A program made the translations under genes and the position numbers. Of a stretch of 64,000 bases of DNA, positions 41,425 through 51,935 are shown in pieces (positions within the stretch are counted from its first letter, which is position 1; every line of letters begins with the position of its first letter). Origin of the DNA: an uncultured Planctomycetaceae bacterium (GTDB lineage: Bacteria; Planctomycetota; Phycisphaerae; SM23-33); assembly GCA_964536835.1 (NCBI GenBank), contig CAZIAZ010000003.1:6103-70102 (forward strand), in the 5' to 3' direction. The notes beneath the pieces were generated by a model. It was not told the DNA's origin. It was given only the letters and a program-made list of their open reading frames with translations, and made no database searches.

Positions 41425-41427
41425 TCG

Positions 41428-42549
41428 TCATTTCATTACCAGCGTTTCGACGGCGGTAACGTAATTTTCGACGCACCTGTTCCACGTGAACTCTTTTACC
41501 CGCGAAAGGCCTCTGTCGACGAGAGATTCCCGCAGGCTGGCATCGGCCATAATTCTTCTCATGGCATGTGTTATGGCGTCGGTATCCTGCGGGTCCACGA
41601 AGACAGCGGCATCGCCGGCAACTTCCGGCAGCGACGTGGCATTGCCGGCCAGTACCGGCGTACGGCAGGTGAATGCGTCCAGTATCGGCAAACCGAAGCC
41701 TTCATACAGCGATACGTAACAAAGGGCATCTGCGGCACTGAGGAGCGCAGATATATCCTCCTCCGGTGCGAAACCATGCAGAATGCAACTTTGCCGAATC
41801 CTGTAATCGTCGAGCAGCACGGAGAATTCCTGCATGGCCGGCTTGTTAAGGCCGACTATCAGCAGGCTGAATTCGTTTCTCAACTCAGCCGGCAGATTCT
41901 TCCATGCCTCGATGATTCGATGCGTATTTTTTCGTCCGTCGCGTGCACCGAACGACAGGAAAAAACGTCTGCCAGCCGGCAGTGCGTATTTTTCGCGAAT
42001 TTTAGTCAGTTCGGCGGCGTCTTCGATGAACCGGCAGCCGGTGTCCGGCGCCCAGTGATTCACTACAATTTTATCGGCAAAATCGCCGAATTCGTTGAGT
42101 ATCTGCTGCCTGGAAAATTCGCTCGGCGTAAAAACCAGTCGGGCCCGCTTAATGCCGCGAGCTACGTTTTTCCGCCACCATTTCGCGTATCTCCTGTCGG
42201 GACAGTGCATTGGAATGATATCGTGTACGGTCAGAATCATCGGAATCATCGGCAGATACGGAGAAACGTTAGCCGGGCAGTGCAGTACGTCGGCATTTAT
42301 CGCCCTGGCGAGCAGCGGCAGACGTACGTGCAGCCACACATTCCAGCGATCGCCGATGATTTCACCGGTTTTTTGTCGAATATTCGCAATACCTTCAAAA
42401 GGATTCGGCTCATGCCTGTCGCGATGAATCATGACGAATTCCCACGATGGCCGTGCCTTTGCCGCATACAAGTAAAGGTCTATAAGATTTTTTCCAGTCC
42501 CCCGACGATTTGCCGCAAAAATCGTCCTGGCATCGAGGGCTATTCTCAT
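41428..42549 (-). CDS. GT4 glycosyltransferase
   Basis: MRIALDARTI is the N-terminus. The GT4 C-terminal motif is SLYEGFGLPILDAFTCRTPV. Confidence 0.8.
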   Translation of the reverse strand: MRIALDARTIFAANRRGTGKNLIDLYLYAAKARPSWEFVMIHRDRHEPNPFEGIANIRQKTGEIIGDRWNVWLHVRLPLLARAINADVLHCPANVSPYLPMIPMILTVHDIIPMHCPDRRYAKWWRKNVARGIKRARLVFTPSEFSRQQILNEFGDFADKIVVNHWAPDTGCRFIEDAAELTKIREKYALPAGRRFFLSFGARDGRKNTHRIIEAWKNLPAELRNEFSLLIVGLNKPAMQEFSVLLDDYRIRQSCILHGFAPEEDISALLSAADALCYVSLYEGFGLPILDAFTCRTPVLAGNATSLPEVAGDAAVFVDPQDTDAITHAMRRIMADASLRESLVDRGLSRVKEFTWNRCVENYVTAVETLVMK

Positions 42550-43709
42550 CTAAATGCTCCTTCGACTGCGTTTACGTAATTGTTCCAATTAAGTATAATA
42601 TGTTCTCTTTTTTGTGCTGATTTGCCCATTTCGGGGAGTTTTTCTCTGTTTTCAATGGCTATGCGCATAGCGTTGTATAGCCCGTCGGGGTTCTCAAGGT
42701 CGTATAACCAGCCTTGTCTTTTGTCGTTAATCATGTATTCCATTGAGCTTGTGACTTTGGGCCAATGATTTTCAGGGCCTAATACCGGCAGGGCAAAACT
42801 CATTGCCTCGCTGCATACGAAAGGTAATGCATCGTACCATGCGGCGTGTATGAACAGATCCGCTGCGCCGTACAGCTCCGGCATGTCGTCTCGTTGTCCC
42901 AGGAATTGAACTCTTTTTTCAAGTCCGAGTTTCGCTGTTTTTTTTAGCAGTTCCGCTTTTTGTGGGCCGTCGCCGGCAATCCACAGCCATACGTCATCGC
43001 GTTTCAGCCTGGCGAGCGACTCTATAATCCAACCCACATTTTTGTTGGCATCGAGACTGCCGGCGCAGAGCATCAGGAAAGCGTTTTGCGGGGTGGAGAG
43101 TTTTTCGCGCATTTCACTGCGGGTAGCGCGGGGCAGGCGACCGGCGTGTACGCTGCCGTGAGGACATATGACAGCCTTGTCTTCGTCGAAAGAGGCCAGC
43201 GACATTGCGTCCTTCAGCATTACTGGACTTTGAAAAATGATTCTGTCGCTGTTCAGGAGAGCTTTTCTTTCCTGAAAACCTATCGAATATCTGTCCAGCC
43301 GTGCCCAGAAATCCGGCTGCGGATTCGTGAATTTAAGACAGTGCATCAGCAGGCACGGAAACAGGAATACCCGCCTTACGTCGGGCCAGACTTTTTGGGC
43401 GGCATTCATCATATAAACGGATACGCCGACGAATACGTCCGGTTTTTCATGCCGGGCCAGCACTTTGGCTATGCGCGAGCTTCGGCCGATTGACGGTACG
43501 CGCCAGAATTTTCCCGATGGCGCATAAAAATATTCCACGGGTATGGATTCGTATTCATCGCAGCCGGTTTTATCCGCACTGTCTGCGCGCGACAGCATGG
43601 CCACGTGGTAGCCGCGGGATTTCAATGCGACTGCGATATTTTTAGCTACGGTCGCTCCGCCTCCCCCGTTGCGAAGATCGGTATAACATGCCACTATAAT
43701 CTTCATCAA
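42546..43709 (-). CDS. GT4 glycosyltransferase
   Basis: MKIIVACYTDLRNGGGGATV is the N-terminus. The C-terminal region is a GT-B fold. Confidence 0.8.
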   Translation of the reverse strand: MMKIIVACYTDLRNGGGGATVAKNIAVALKSRGYHVAMLSRADSADKTGCDEYESIPVEYFYAPSGKFWRVPSIGRSSRIAKVLARHEKPDVFVGVSVYMMNAAQKVWPDVRRVFLFPCLLMHCLKFTNPQPDFWARLDRYSIGFQERKALLNSDRIIFQSPVMLKDAMSLASFDEDKAVICPHGSVHAGRLPRATRSEMREKLSTPQNAFLMLCAGSLDANKNVGWIIESLARLKRDDVWLWIAGDGPQKAELLKKTAKLGLEKRVQFLGQRDDMPELYGAADLFIHAAWYDALPFVCSEAMSFALPVLGPENHWPKVTSSMEYMINDKRQGWLYDLENPDGLYNAMRIAIENREKLPEMGKSAQKREHIILNWNNYVNAVEGAFR

Positions 43710-43741
43710 CGTCCTCTGCTAGAAGATACAGTCTCTTCGGG

Positions 43742-44986
43742 TCAACCTCCGGTATCTGTTATATCGTCAAGAATGCTGCACAACTTTAACGTCAGCGATG
43801 TTGCCTCGAACTGGTTCAGGGCATCTTCGCTGACCTCCGCGACAAGCCGGCCTTCCTTCCATAAATTGAATGATTCGAGCAGCAGTTCCGCCATTTCCGC
43901 CGGCTTGCGAGACGAAATGAATCTGCAATTACAGATTTTTTTGACGATATCCGCATTGCAGCTTTTTTTGGGCATTGTGCCGATGATGGGCCGCCGCATG
44001 GCGAGATATTCGTAAGTTTTGGAACATATGATAATGTCGGTGTTTCCGTTGACCGGCACTTCCAGCCAGAATGCGTCGGCGGCTGCGACCATTTTTAATG
44101 CGTTGCATTGCGGAACTCGCGGGAAAAGTTCCACGCCTGAAATGTCTTTTTCGTCGCCTTGATAGCCGACCCAGCGGAAGATGAAGCGATGCGCAAAATC
44201 GGCGTCAAGTTCGCGGGCTATTCGTATTGCACTGAAAAGTTCGGCGTGGTTTTCATAACTCTGACCCATCATGGCGACCATGAATCTGCCGTCGTTGCGT
44301 GGCTGAGCCGTCGGGATATCTTCGTCGTGAAAACCGTTCTGTATGCAGGTTATTTTTGCCGCGTCCAGTGGATATCGCTGTCGGAGTTTTTCTGCCGCCA
44401 GCGGCGTTATGGGCGTAACGGCGGCGGCATGGTGAATCGCCGACGCTTCGATTCTGCGGGCAATCATATTCCGCAGCCCCTTGTATTCGTATAAAAAATT
44501 GTTCGTCCACTCATCGCGCATATCCAGGATTACGGGTACTTTGGCATCTCTGGCGAGTCTTTCGGCGATGCAGAGGTAAGTCTGCGGCGACGAGGTGACC
44601 CACACGGCGTCGATGTTGCCGGAGCGGATGAGTCGTCGGGCTTCTTTTACGAGCGGCCAATACCATCGGTTTACGAAAGTGTGCGGGTCAGGGAAAGAAA
44701 AATATCGTCGCGTCCGCCACAGCAGGCCGGCCTGCACCTTCTTTCTCAGCGATTCCGGATAGAGCGGTCGCGTCATTATGCCGAGTAAATTTTCGTCGCA
44801 GGGTTTTATGCGGGTCACGTCAAACTCGTCGTCAGAGATTTTTTCGTCGGTTTTTCCCTTGTCTGACGTGAGAATCTCGGCTCGCCAGCCGAAATCTTTG
44901 AGATGTTGGGCGAAACGCAATGGCCGCAGGGCGCCGACGGCGGTGTCGGGTCGGAAATAGTGGCATATCATCATCAGCGTCTTCAT
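43742..44986 (-). CDS. Glycosyltransferase (GT-B fold, GT4-like)
   Basis: The start at MKTLMMICHYF gives a 4-nt overlap with the wzx stop. It has the Rossmann-like duplication typical of GT-B enzymes. Confidence 0.6.
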   Translation of the reverse strand: MKTLMMICHYFRPDTAVGALRPLRFAQHLKDFGWRAEILTSDKGKTDEKISDDEFDVTRIKPCDENLLGIMTRPLYPESLRKKVQAGLLWRTRRYFSFPDPHTFVNRWYWPLVKEARRLIRSGNIDAVWVTSSPQTYLCIAERLARDAKVPVILDMRDEWTNNFLYEYKGLRNMIARRIEASAIHHAAAVTPITPLAAEKLRQRYPLDAAKITCIQNGFHDEDIPTAQPRNDGRFMVAMMGQSYENHAELFSAIRIARELDADFAHRFIFRWVGYQGDEKDISGVELFPRVPQCNALKMVAAADAFWLEVPVNGNTDIIICSKTYEYLAMRRPIIGTMPKKSCNADIVKKICNCRFISSRKPAEMAELLLESFNLWKEGRLVAEVSEDALNQFEATSLTLKLCSILDDITDTGG

Positions 44987-46554
44987 TGCGGTTTCCTTTT
45001 GTTTTTCCACGGCAGTATGGAGCTGAGTTCCGTGACGAGTATTTCCCGCTCATGCGTATTGAATCCGAGAAACCACGAAATCAGCATTGCGCCGACGGTA
45101 TAGAACAGTAGGCCGAACCCGAATCTCAGCCAGCCGTCCCAGAATGCGCCGAAATATTTTGCACTGTCGATAGCCAGGCTTTTCGCCGCGTAACCGAATA
45201 TCAGCATGCCAGCCAGCGAGAGCAGCCACCGTAGAACATTCGTCGTGAAAAATCTGCGAATCGACCCATGCACCCACCTGTGCAGGAGAATCGCTATGAT
45301 TACGTTGAATATGACCATCGGCACAAGCGTTCCCAACGCCACGCCTTCTATTCCCATACCGCACAGGAGAATGAAAATCAGCGTGAGTATGAGGTTCATG
45401 CCAGCCTGCAGCAGCGTTATGAGTGCACCGACTTTGATATGGCCCAGCCCGCTTATGATGCTGCCGCCGATTCGTACGGCCATGGCGGTATATTGCGGCA
45501 CTACCAGCAGCACTAGCACCCACTTGCTCTGCCAGAATTTCTCGCCCCAGAACAGGGCCATGAATTTGGGCCCGAAAAACATCAGGCCGGTAAAGAACGG
45601 TATCGCAAAAAACATCGTAAGTTTCGAGCCCCATTTCAGCATCAGTTGAAGCGAGGCGAAATCATTGCGGCTGGACATCTTGATGGTGCGAGGCGTGAGC
45701 ACTTCGGTAACCTGGCCGACGAAATTGCGGCTGTGGTCAATAAGCGTCAGCGGTATGCTGTAGAGCGTGACGAATACCGCCGAGTGCATAGTTGCGCCTA
45801 TTACGATGATGTCGGTGAAATATAGCAGCTTCGTGGCGATAGCCGACAGAAACGCCCAGAAACTGAAGCCGAAAAGTTCTTTGAATCGCAACATGTTCGC
45901 CAGCGACGGCCGTACGTAAAGCGGCGGATAGACCCTGTGGCCGATGACGAAAAACACCGTCACTGCGACGAGATTGGAAATCACCTGCACCATGGCCAGC
46001 TGTACGATGCCGCCGCCGTTTTTCATGACTATCACAGTGCCCGCCGCCCTAACTCCGAGCACGACCAGGTTCGTGACGTTGAACAGGTCGAAGCGTTCCT
46101 GGCTGATGACCGCCAGCGAATACGGAGACGCCAGAAATCCCAGCCACAGATTTGCGCCCGTCAGGAGCATTGCATAGAAACAGCCGTCGGCAAGGCTTTG
46201 CGGCACGCTGCGTTGAAACAGCCAGCAGAAATTTTCGCCTATGAACCATGATGCCACGAATATCGGAATGCCCAGAAACACAAAAAAAGTCATCGACGTG
46301 CTTATCACTTCGTTGACTTTTCGCGTCTCGCCCTTGCCCTGGTAAAAATTTATGAATCGGCCGAGGCCGTTACGCAGGCCTATGTCCGCCAGACCCATGT
46401 AACCCGTGACGGAAACAATCAGCGACCATACGCCGAAAAGTTCCTCGCCGAGTGACCGAACCACCAGCCGCGAAAGGTACATCAATATGATGAAATTCGC
46501 GGCGTAGCCGACCCAGCTTGCGGAAAGATTTTTGAGATGCCGTCCTGAACCCAT
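44983..46554 (-). CDS. wzx: Wzx-type oligosaccharide flippase (MOP/polysaccharide biosynthesis protein family)
   Basis: A 523-aa ORF with about 12-14 TM helices. Its N-terminal region is typical of the family (LARNSGW...-type). Confidence 0.75.
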   Translation of the reverse strand: MGSGRHLKNLSASWVGYAANFIILMYLSRLVVRSLGEELFGVWSLIVSVTGYMGLADIGLRNGLGRFINFYQGKGETRKVNEVISTSMTFFVFLGIPIFVASWFIGENFCWLFQRSVPQSLADGCFYAMLLTGANLWLGFLASPYSLAVISQERFDLFNVTNLVVLGVRAAGTVIVMKNGGGIVQLAMVQVISNLVAVTVFFVIGHRVYPPLYVRPSLANMLRFKELFGFSFWAFLSAIATKLLYFTDIIVIGATMHSAVFVTLYSIPLTLIDHSRNFVGQVTEVLTPRTIKMSSRNDFASLQLMLKWGSKLTMFFAIPFFTGLMFFGPKFMALFWGEKFWQSKWVLVLLVVPQYTAMAVRIGGSIISGLGHIKVGALITLLQAGMNLILTLIFILLCGMGIEGVALGTLVPMVIFNVIIAILLHRWVHGSIRRFFTTNVLRWLLSLAGMLIFGYAAKSLAIDSAKYFGAFWDGWLRFGFGLLFYTVGAMLISWFLGFNTHEREILVTELSSILPWKNKRKPQ

Positions 46555-47715
46555 TTACTTTCCGCCTTTCATGAGATGTTCGCAGATGAGTTCGATTTTT
46601 GCCGGCCATGTTTCGTCAATCATCGCCCGTGAATATTTTTGGCGCATCGCCGGCGAATCTTTTATCGCGGCGTCGATAGCCCGTTCAAATTCATCCGCGC
46701 CGCTCGCGAGCCGCACAAGGCCTTTTTCTGCGTATCGTCTGACTTCGGGCATGGGCGACGAAACCACCGGCAGGCCGGCTGCGAGGTATTCGCGAAGTTT
46801 TATAGGATTGGCGGCTGCGGTGAGCTCGTTCATTTGGAACGGTATTATGCCCACGTCGAAAGCGCGGCAGTATGCAGGCAGCTCTTTATAGCTTTTTCTG
46901 CCGAGGAAATGCATGTTGTGAAATTTTCGATATTCGTCAATATTCATATTGGCGTCGCCAATCAGCACAAACTGCCACTCAGTGCGGCGGCTGGCGATAA
47001 TCGCCAGCATTTTAATATCGACCCAGTCCCGCAGAAGGCCGAAAAACCCTATTCGCGGCTGCGGTATCTCTGCAACGTCGTGCGGCAGCGGCAGTGGGGC
47101 GTCGTCGTTTGCCGCCGCGGCGAAATGACTGTAATCGACGCCGTGTGGAACAAGCAGCGTATTGGGATTGTCTTTTATCCTGTCGTCGTAAAGATTCTGC
47201 GATGTGGCGACGACAAGGTCGCTACGGCGGCATAATGCCTGTTCGTCGCGTCTGACCTGGTTCGGGTCGTAGCCGGTAAAATGCGCAAAATCATCGACGC
47301 AATAATAGATGACCTTTTCCGGATGGAGCGAGTCGATGCAATATGCCACATCCGGCGCGAAAGACCACACATGGAGCGGCCTGCCGGCTGCGATTTGATG
47401 TACGGCGCGGCGTATCTGCCATCCGAGCAGTATCCGGTTGATTTTTTTTGCAGCCTTGCTGGCTGGAAACGGCAGAACCAGCGGCGTCAGAACGAAAAGA
47501 TTTTTTCGCATTTCCTTGATGCCGCCGAAAACCTGCGAAAGTTTTTTGAGGATGTAGCGTGCATCGTCAGCCGTCGCCGACGGCGTGCGGGAAGCGTGAT
47601 AGTTTACCCATAGTACCACGTTGTGTTCAGCCAGGATATGCGCCACGTGATGTTTGCTCGTCGGCGGGGCATCGTAACCGCTGGCGAAACAGACTATGAC
47701 TCGGTTTTCTATCAT
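46555..47715 (-). CDS. GT4 glycosyltransferase
   Basis: The true start is the ATG at 47715, which overlaps the upstream stop (ATGA). MIENRVIVCFASGYD... follows. It has a GT-B fold. Confidence 0.7.
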   Translation of the reverse strand: MIENRVIVCFASGYDAPPTSKHHVAHILAEHNVVLWVNYHASRTPSATADDARYILKKLSQVFGGIKEMRKNLFVLTPLVLPFPASKAAKKINRILLGWQIRRAVHQIAAGRPLHVWSFAPDVAYCIDSLHPEKVIYYCVDDFAHFTGYDPNQVRRDEQALCRRSDLVVATSQNLYDDRIKDNPNTLLVPHGVDYSHFAAAANDDAPLPLPHDVAEIPQPRIGFFGLLRDWVDIKMLAIIASRRTEWQFVLIGDANMNIDEYRKFHNMHFLGRKSYKELPAYCRAFDVGIIPFQMNELTAAANPIKLREYLAAGLPVVSSPMPEVRRYAEKGLVRLASGADEFERAIDAAIKDSPAMRQKYSRAMIDETWPAKIELICEHLMKGGK

Positions 47716-48896
47716 TCGACATCCTTGAGGCAGAGCGAGACAAAATCCTTCAGCCTCGCATGCCACGAATACTTCTCCAGAACGCACTGCCGGGCGGCAT
47801 AGCCCAGCATGTTTCGAACGTCTGCCTCCGAAAGTAAATATAACAATTTTTCGACCCATTGACCAGACGTTTCTGCAAGTTCCACGTCTTGGCCCTGCGT
47901 CACGTCCAGGCCGCTCATGGCTTGCGGGCTCACCACCACCGCCTTAGCCATGGACATTGCTTCAAGCACCTTGTTCTGTATGCCACGGCCGATATGCAGC
48001 GGACAGACGGATACTGCTGCCGCCTGAATGTACGGCCTTACGTCTACGACGTTGCCTGTGACCCGCACGCCTTCCATCATCGCCATGTCCCGCACGTTTT
48101 TTGAGGGATTTCGGCCGACGATGACGAAAATGGCGTTGTCGAATTTTTCGCGGATGCAGGGCAGGACTTCGGTTGCGAACCATTCGACGGCTTCGGCGTT
48201 GGGCCGGTAGTCCATCGAGCCGGTGAAGACCATTGCGTGTTCGCCCAGTCCCGTAATCGGCGACAGAAGCGACGGGTTGAAAAAATCTGCGTCCACGCCG
48301 TTGGCTGCCACGTGCAGATTGGGAATGCCGTCGCCTAGAATCTCAGCCTCTTCCCGCGATACCATCACCACGTCGTTACATTGCTCTACGCATTTTCTTT
48401 CCAGCCGCGCGACTCTGGATGATTCGATATTGAAAATCTTTTTCAGCGGCCAGGCTGTCCTGCATGCGTAGTCGGCCCACTTGGCCGAGTCGGCATCCAC
48501 AATGTCCATGATGCGTCTGGCGGCGTCGGCTTTCATTAGCAGGTTCAATACCGACGATGAATATCCCACGGCGACGTCGAACCGGCCGAGCCGTCTTATT
48601 TTCCGGCCCGCCATGCAGGATGAAAAATATCCTTCCGATACGCTCCTGCCCATGATGAAGGAACACGCGCCGCGGACGAGTGCGCTGCGACGGACTATGG
48701 GGAAGGTTTCAACGGCTGAACAGTATTCAGCGAGTTTTTTTGCGCTGGCGTAATCGTCGGCTCCTGCGCTGCCGGCGATTACGGTTACGTCAGAACCGTT
48801 TCGGGCCAGCTCGCATATTTCGTTGAACGCACGCACGCGTTCGCCCTTGTCGGGCGGGTACGGCATTCGATGCGCTATGTACAGCAGTCTCTTCAT
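47712..48896 (-). CDS. GT4 glycosyltransferase resembling the PEP-CTERM/EpsH1-system-associated sugar transferase family
   Basis: The N-terminus is RLLYIAHRMPYPPDKGERVRAFNEICELA. The YPP-KG-type start is characteristic of that family and is recalled from memory, not searched. Confidence 0.7.
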   Translation of the reverse strand: MKRLLYIAHRMPYPPDKGERVRAFNEICELARNGSDVTVIAGSAGADDYASAKKLAEYCSAVETFPIVRRSALVRGACSFIMGRSVSEGYFSSCMAGRKIRRLGRFDVAVGYSSSVLNLLMKADAARRIMDIVDADSAKWADYACRTAWPLKKIFNIESSRVARLERKCVEQCNDVVMVSREEAEILGDGIPNLHVAANGVDADFFNPSLLSPITGLGEHAMVFTGSMDYRPNAEAVEWFATEVLPCIREKFDNAIFVIVGRNPSKNVRDMAMMEGVRVTGNVVDVRPYIQAAAVSVCPLHIGRGIQNKVLEAMSMAKAVVVSPQAMSGLDVTQGQDVELAETSGQWVEKLLYLLSEADVRNMLGYAARQCVLEKYSWHARLKDFVSLCLKDVE

Positions 48897-48929
48897 GGTT
48901 CGTTACCGTCTTGTCGGTTGGCGGCCTGT

Positions 48930-49988
48930 TTATGGTATCCATCTGGTGACGATGCCGCCGGCTATTCGCGTGGCGAAGAGCGGCATGTGTCGCCAGATTT
49001 TGATGGCTAATGAAAAACCGCTGTTGCCCGGACTCAGATTGGGCAGTGTCGTCGAGCGGTTCAACGCTATCTGGTAATGCAGTTGCGATGGCTCGAAACC
49101 CATATGTCGTTTGAATGCGTAAGGGCCGGAGTTGTTTCGGCGGGTACGGTTGAAGTCGAACTGTCGCAGGCCCTGTTTGACGGCGTATTCCATAAGCGAA
49201 ACGTACATTACGTTGTTTGCTCCGAGTTTCATGCCGCGCGGCAGTGAGCCGGAGAAGTAGGCTACCATCGTGTCGCGGAATATGAACGACACGACGCCGG
49301 CTAGCATTTTATCGCCTTCGAAAACGCCCAGCGTCACGCAGTTTTTGCCGTAATTGTTTTTCAACTCACGCCAGAGAGACCTGCTGTAATTCGGCGAACC
49401 CAGCCGTCGCAGCGTATAAGCGTACAAGTCGTATACGTCGTCCATGAGTTCGTCGCCGATGCGCGGCTGAAGGATTTTGAGGCCGTTGCGTGTCGCCGCC
49501 CGCGCCTTTTTGGGCAGACCTTTGAGTACGTCGTCAGGGTCAGCCGGCAGCGATTTTATAAACGTATCGTAGCGGGCTATTACCGGTAAATCGAGATGCG
49601 AGGGCGATACGTTGCGAAGTTCGAGATATGCCGCACCGTGTTCGACGCTGATTTCGCGGGCTTTTTCGAAGAGCAGCCTTTCCGTGTCTTCGTCGTCGGC
49701 TAAAATGCCGCCGTATGTCGCATATGGAATTGAAACGAGAATTTTGCCTTCAAAAATGCTTTTTACTAAAAACAGCGGAAGAACGCCGGCTAAACTGCCG
49801 TCGCTTTTTTTTGCCGCCAGATGCAGCGGCGCATGACGGTAGGTCTTTTGGACTGCGAGCGACCACGCCGGCTGGTGAAAAACAGTCCCGTCCCGATGCG
49901 CGAGAACGTAATCGTCCCAGGCGGCGATGTCGTCGTCTCGCAAAAAATCCGCACAGCCGTCTGGTTGACCGTTCAAATGAGTGCTCAC
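48930..49988 (-). CDS. FemAB-family (GNAT-fold) protein of the type associated with EPS/PEP-CTERM loci
   Basis: A 352-aa ORF with two GNAT-like halves. The LKGLPKKARAATRNGLK motif is similar to FemAB. Confidence 0.55.
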   Translation of the reverse strand: MSTHLNGQPDGCADFLRDDDIAAWDDYVLAHRDGTVFHQPAWSLAVQKTYRHAPLHLAAKKSDGSLAGVLPLFLVKSIFEGKILVSIPYATYGGILADDEDTERLLFEKAREISVEHGAAYLELRNVSPSHLDLPVIARYDTFIKSLPADPDDVLKGLPKKARAATRNGLKILQPRIGDELMDDVYDLYAYTLRRLGSPNYSRSLWRELKNNYGKNCVTLGVFEGDKMLAGVVSFIFRDTMVAYFSGSLPRGMKLGANNVMYVSLMEYAVKQGLRQFDFNRTRRNNSGPYAFKRHMGFEPSQLHYQIALNRSTTLPNLSPGNSGFSLAIKIWRHMPLFATRIAGGIVTRWIP

Positions 49989-49992
49989 TATT

Positions 49993-51924
49993 TCAATATC
50001 TGTATACGTTGCCTGGAAGAAAGTGTCGCCTGTCCGTCAGCACAAGGCCGGCGAGTTTGACGTTGGCGGCGTTTAGTAGTCGTATGGATTTTAGTACCGA
50101 CTCCCGCTTGGTGCGGTTCATGCGTACTACAAGCAGTGCTTCGCCGGTTGCCAGGCCGAGCATGCCAACGTCGGAAAAGCTGTTTATCGGCGGCGTGTCT
50201 ATAATCACGTAATCGTACAGTCGCCGCAGGTCGGTCACGAATTCCATTAGGTCGGGCCCTCCGACGAGTTCGCCGACTTCGTTCGGATGAGCCTTGCCGG
50301 CGGGAATGAAAAACATGTTCGGATAAGCCGTCGGTTGGGTTACGTCCTTTATGGTGGCTGCCCCGCGCAACACTTCAGCTGCGCCAGGGGAACGGCGGCC
50401 TTTGAGGTAGCGTGATATCGCACCTTTGCGAAGGTCGCAGTCGACGACTATTGTCTTGTAATCCAGCCGCTCTATCATGACCAGCGCCAGGTTCAGACAC
50501 GTCAGCGTTTTGCCGTCGCCGGTTTCAGGTGAAGTTATGAGATAGCAGAACCGCTCGTCCGTTGCCGTCGCAAGCAGGGAGGTACGCAACGCGCGAAACT
50601 CCTCGGTAATCGGGCCGCCGCGATCCTTATGCGCAATGAGCAGGTCGGACATGTGAAGCTTGTTGTCTATCTGGTCTATTGAACGTTGTTTGGCGGTCGG
50701 CCTGGCTGCCGACATGGCCGACAGGACGCCCTGCGGCGTTATGTGATCCTGGGACAACTCATATATGGGCGTACGCTGCGGTGTTTTTACCGGTTCGGGC
50801 GGAGTGACGATGTGATAACCGGGCTGAAAATCCACGGTTTCATCGTCTTCCGGCGACGATTCCTGCAGCGAAGGCTTATCGCCGAGTGAAGGCAGATCGC
50901 TCTGGGCGATATCCTTCGATGCGCGGTCGAGTTCTTCTTCAATATCCTTGAGATTTATGACTTCATCGCTCGACGGCGGCGGAGTAGTTTTGTCCATGTG
51001 AACGAAGACCGGCTCGGAGGCGGCGGTATCGTCCGTGGTAGCGGCGGCAGGTTGCGGCGTTAAGGGGTGTTCTTCCTGCGGCGGCTTAGCCTCAGTCGGC
51101 GGAGCGCCGAAATCCCACAAAGAGGCTTCCTTGAGAACGTCCGTCATTAACTCGTGACTTATCTCTGTGACTTTACGGGTATAACCGGTAAGCAGTGCGT
51201 TATCGCAAAGCACGTTTATAAGGCGAGGAATGCCCTGGGTGGCGAAATATATGTCCTCTTTAGCCTGGGCTGAAAATTTTGCCAGGCAGCCTTCGCCGGA
51301 CGCTATTTTTAAACGATAATCTATATATGCCGAAACATCATCCCTGGACATGTGGCCAAGGTTATACGTCAATACTATTCTCTGGCGGAACGATTCCCAC
51401 TGCGGTTCGAGCATACGGTTGCGAAGCTCCGGCTGGCCGACCAGGATTATCTGCAACAGCCGCTGGCCGTTACGCTCCCAGTTCGCCAATAATCGTATTT
51501 CTCGCAACGTGTCATCCGGCAGATCCTGTGCTTCATCCAGCAGCAGCGCCACGAGACGGCCTCGCTGATGCGCCCTGGCCAGATGTCTTTCTATGTTTTC
51601 GAGAAGCGATATCTTGTCCTGGGTCGGGTCTATCCTCATGCCCAGCTGCACGGCAAGGCCGCGCACGAGCTGTTTGCCGGATTGCGGCGGATTCTGCATG
51701 TTGACGGCTATGCAGTTGCCGGCCAGACGGCTTATCAGCATGTTGACAAGAAAAGTTTTGCCCGTGCCGACGTCGCCGGTTATCAGGACCATGCCTTTGT
51801 GGCTCTGGACGGTGTATATCATGTTGGCCAGAGTCTCGGAGTGAACCGCGCTTTCATAAAAGAACCGCTCGTCGCACGTCAGTGCGAACGGGAATTCTTT
51901 CAGCCTGTAAAATTCCAGATACAT
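49993..51924 (-). CDS. Fusion protein: ExeA/GspA-like AAA ATPase (N-terminal) plus bacterial tyrosine (BY) kinase catalytic domain (C-terminal)
   Basis: The N-terminus is FPFALTCDERFFYESAVHSETL...ITGDVGTGKTF (ExeA-type). A Pro-rich linker follows. The C-terminus has a Walker A' (SPETGDGKT), VVDCDLRKG, a Walker B (DYVIIDTPP) and ends ...GNVYRY. Confidence 0.75.
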   Translation of the reverse strand: MYLEFYRLKEFPFALTCDERFFYESAVHSETLANMIYTVQSHKGMVLITGDVGTGKTFLVNMLISRLAGNCIAVNMQNPPQSGKQLVRGLAVQLGMRIDPTQDKISLLENIERHLARAHQRGRLVALLLDEAQDLPDDTLREIRLLANWERNGQRLLQIILVGQPELRNRMLEPQWESFRQRIVLTYNLGHMSRDDVSAYIDYRLKIASGEGCLAKFSAQAKEDIYFATQGIPRLINVLCDNALLTGYTRKVTEISHELMTDVLKEASLWDFGAPPTEAKPPQEEHPLTPQPAAATTDDTAASEPVFVHMDKTTPPPSSDEVINLKDIEEELDRASKDIAQSDLPSLGDKPSLQESSPEDDETVDFQPGYHIVTPPEPVKTPQRTPIYELSQDHITPQGVLSAMSAARPTAKQRSIDQIDNKLHMSDLLIAHKDRGGPITEEFRALRTSLLATATDERFCYLITSPETGDGKTLTCLNLALVMIERLDYKTIVVDCDLRKGAISRYLKGRRSPGAAEVLRGAATIKDVTQPTAYPNMFFIPAGKAHPNEVGELVGGPDLMEFVTDLRRLYDYVIIDTPPINSFSDVGMLGLATGEALLVVRMNRTKRESVLKSIRLLNAANVKLAGLVLTDRRHFLPGNVYRY

Positions 51925-51935
51925 CTGCGAAAGCC

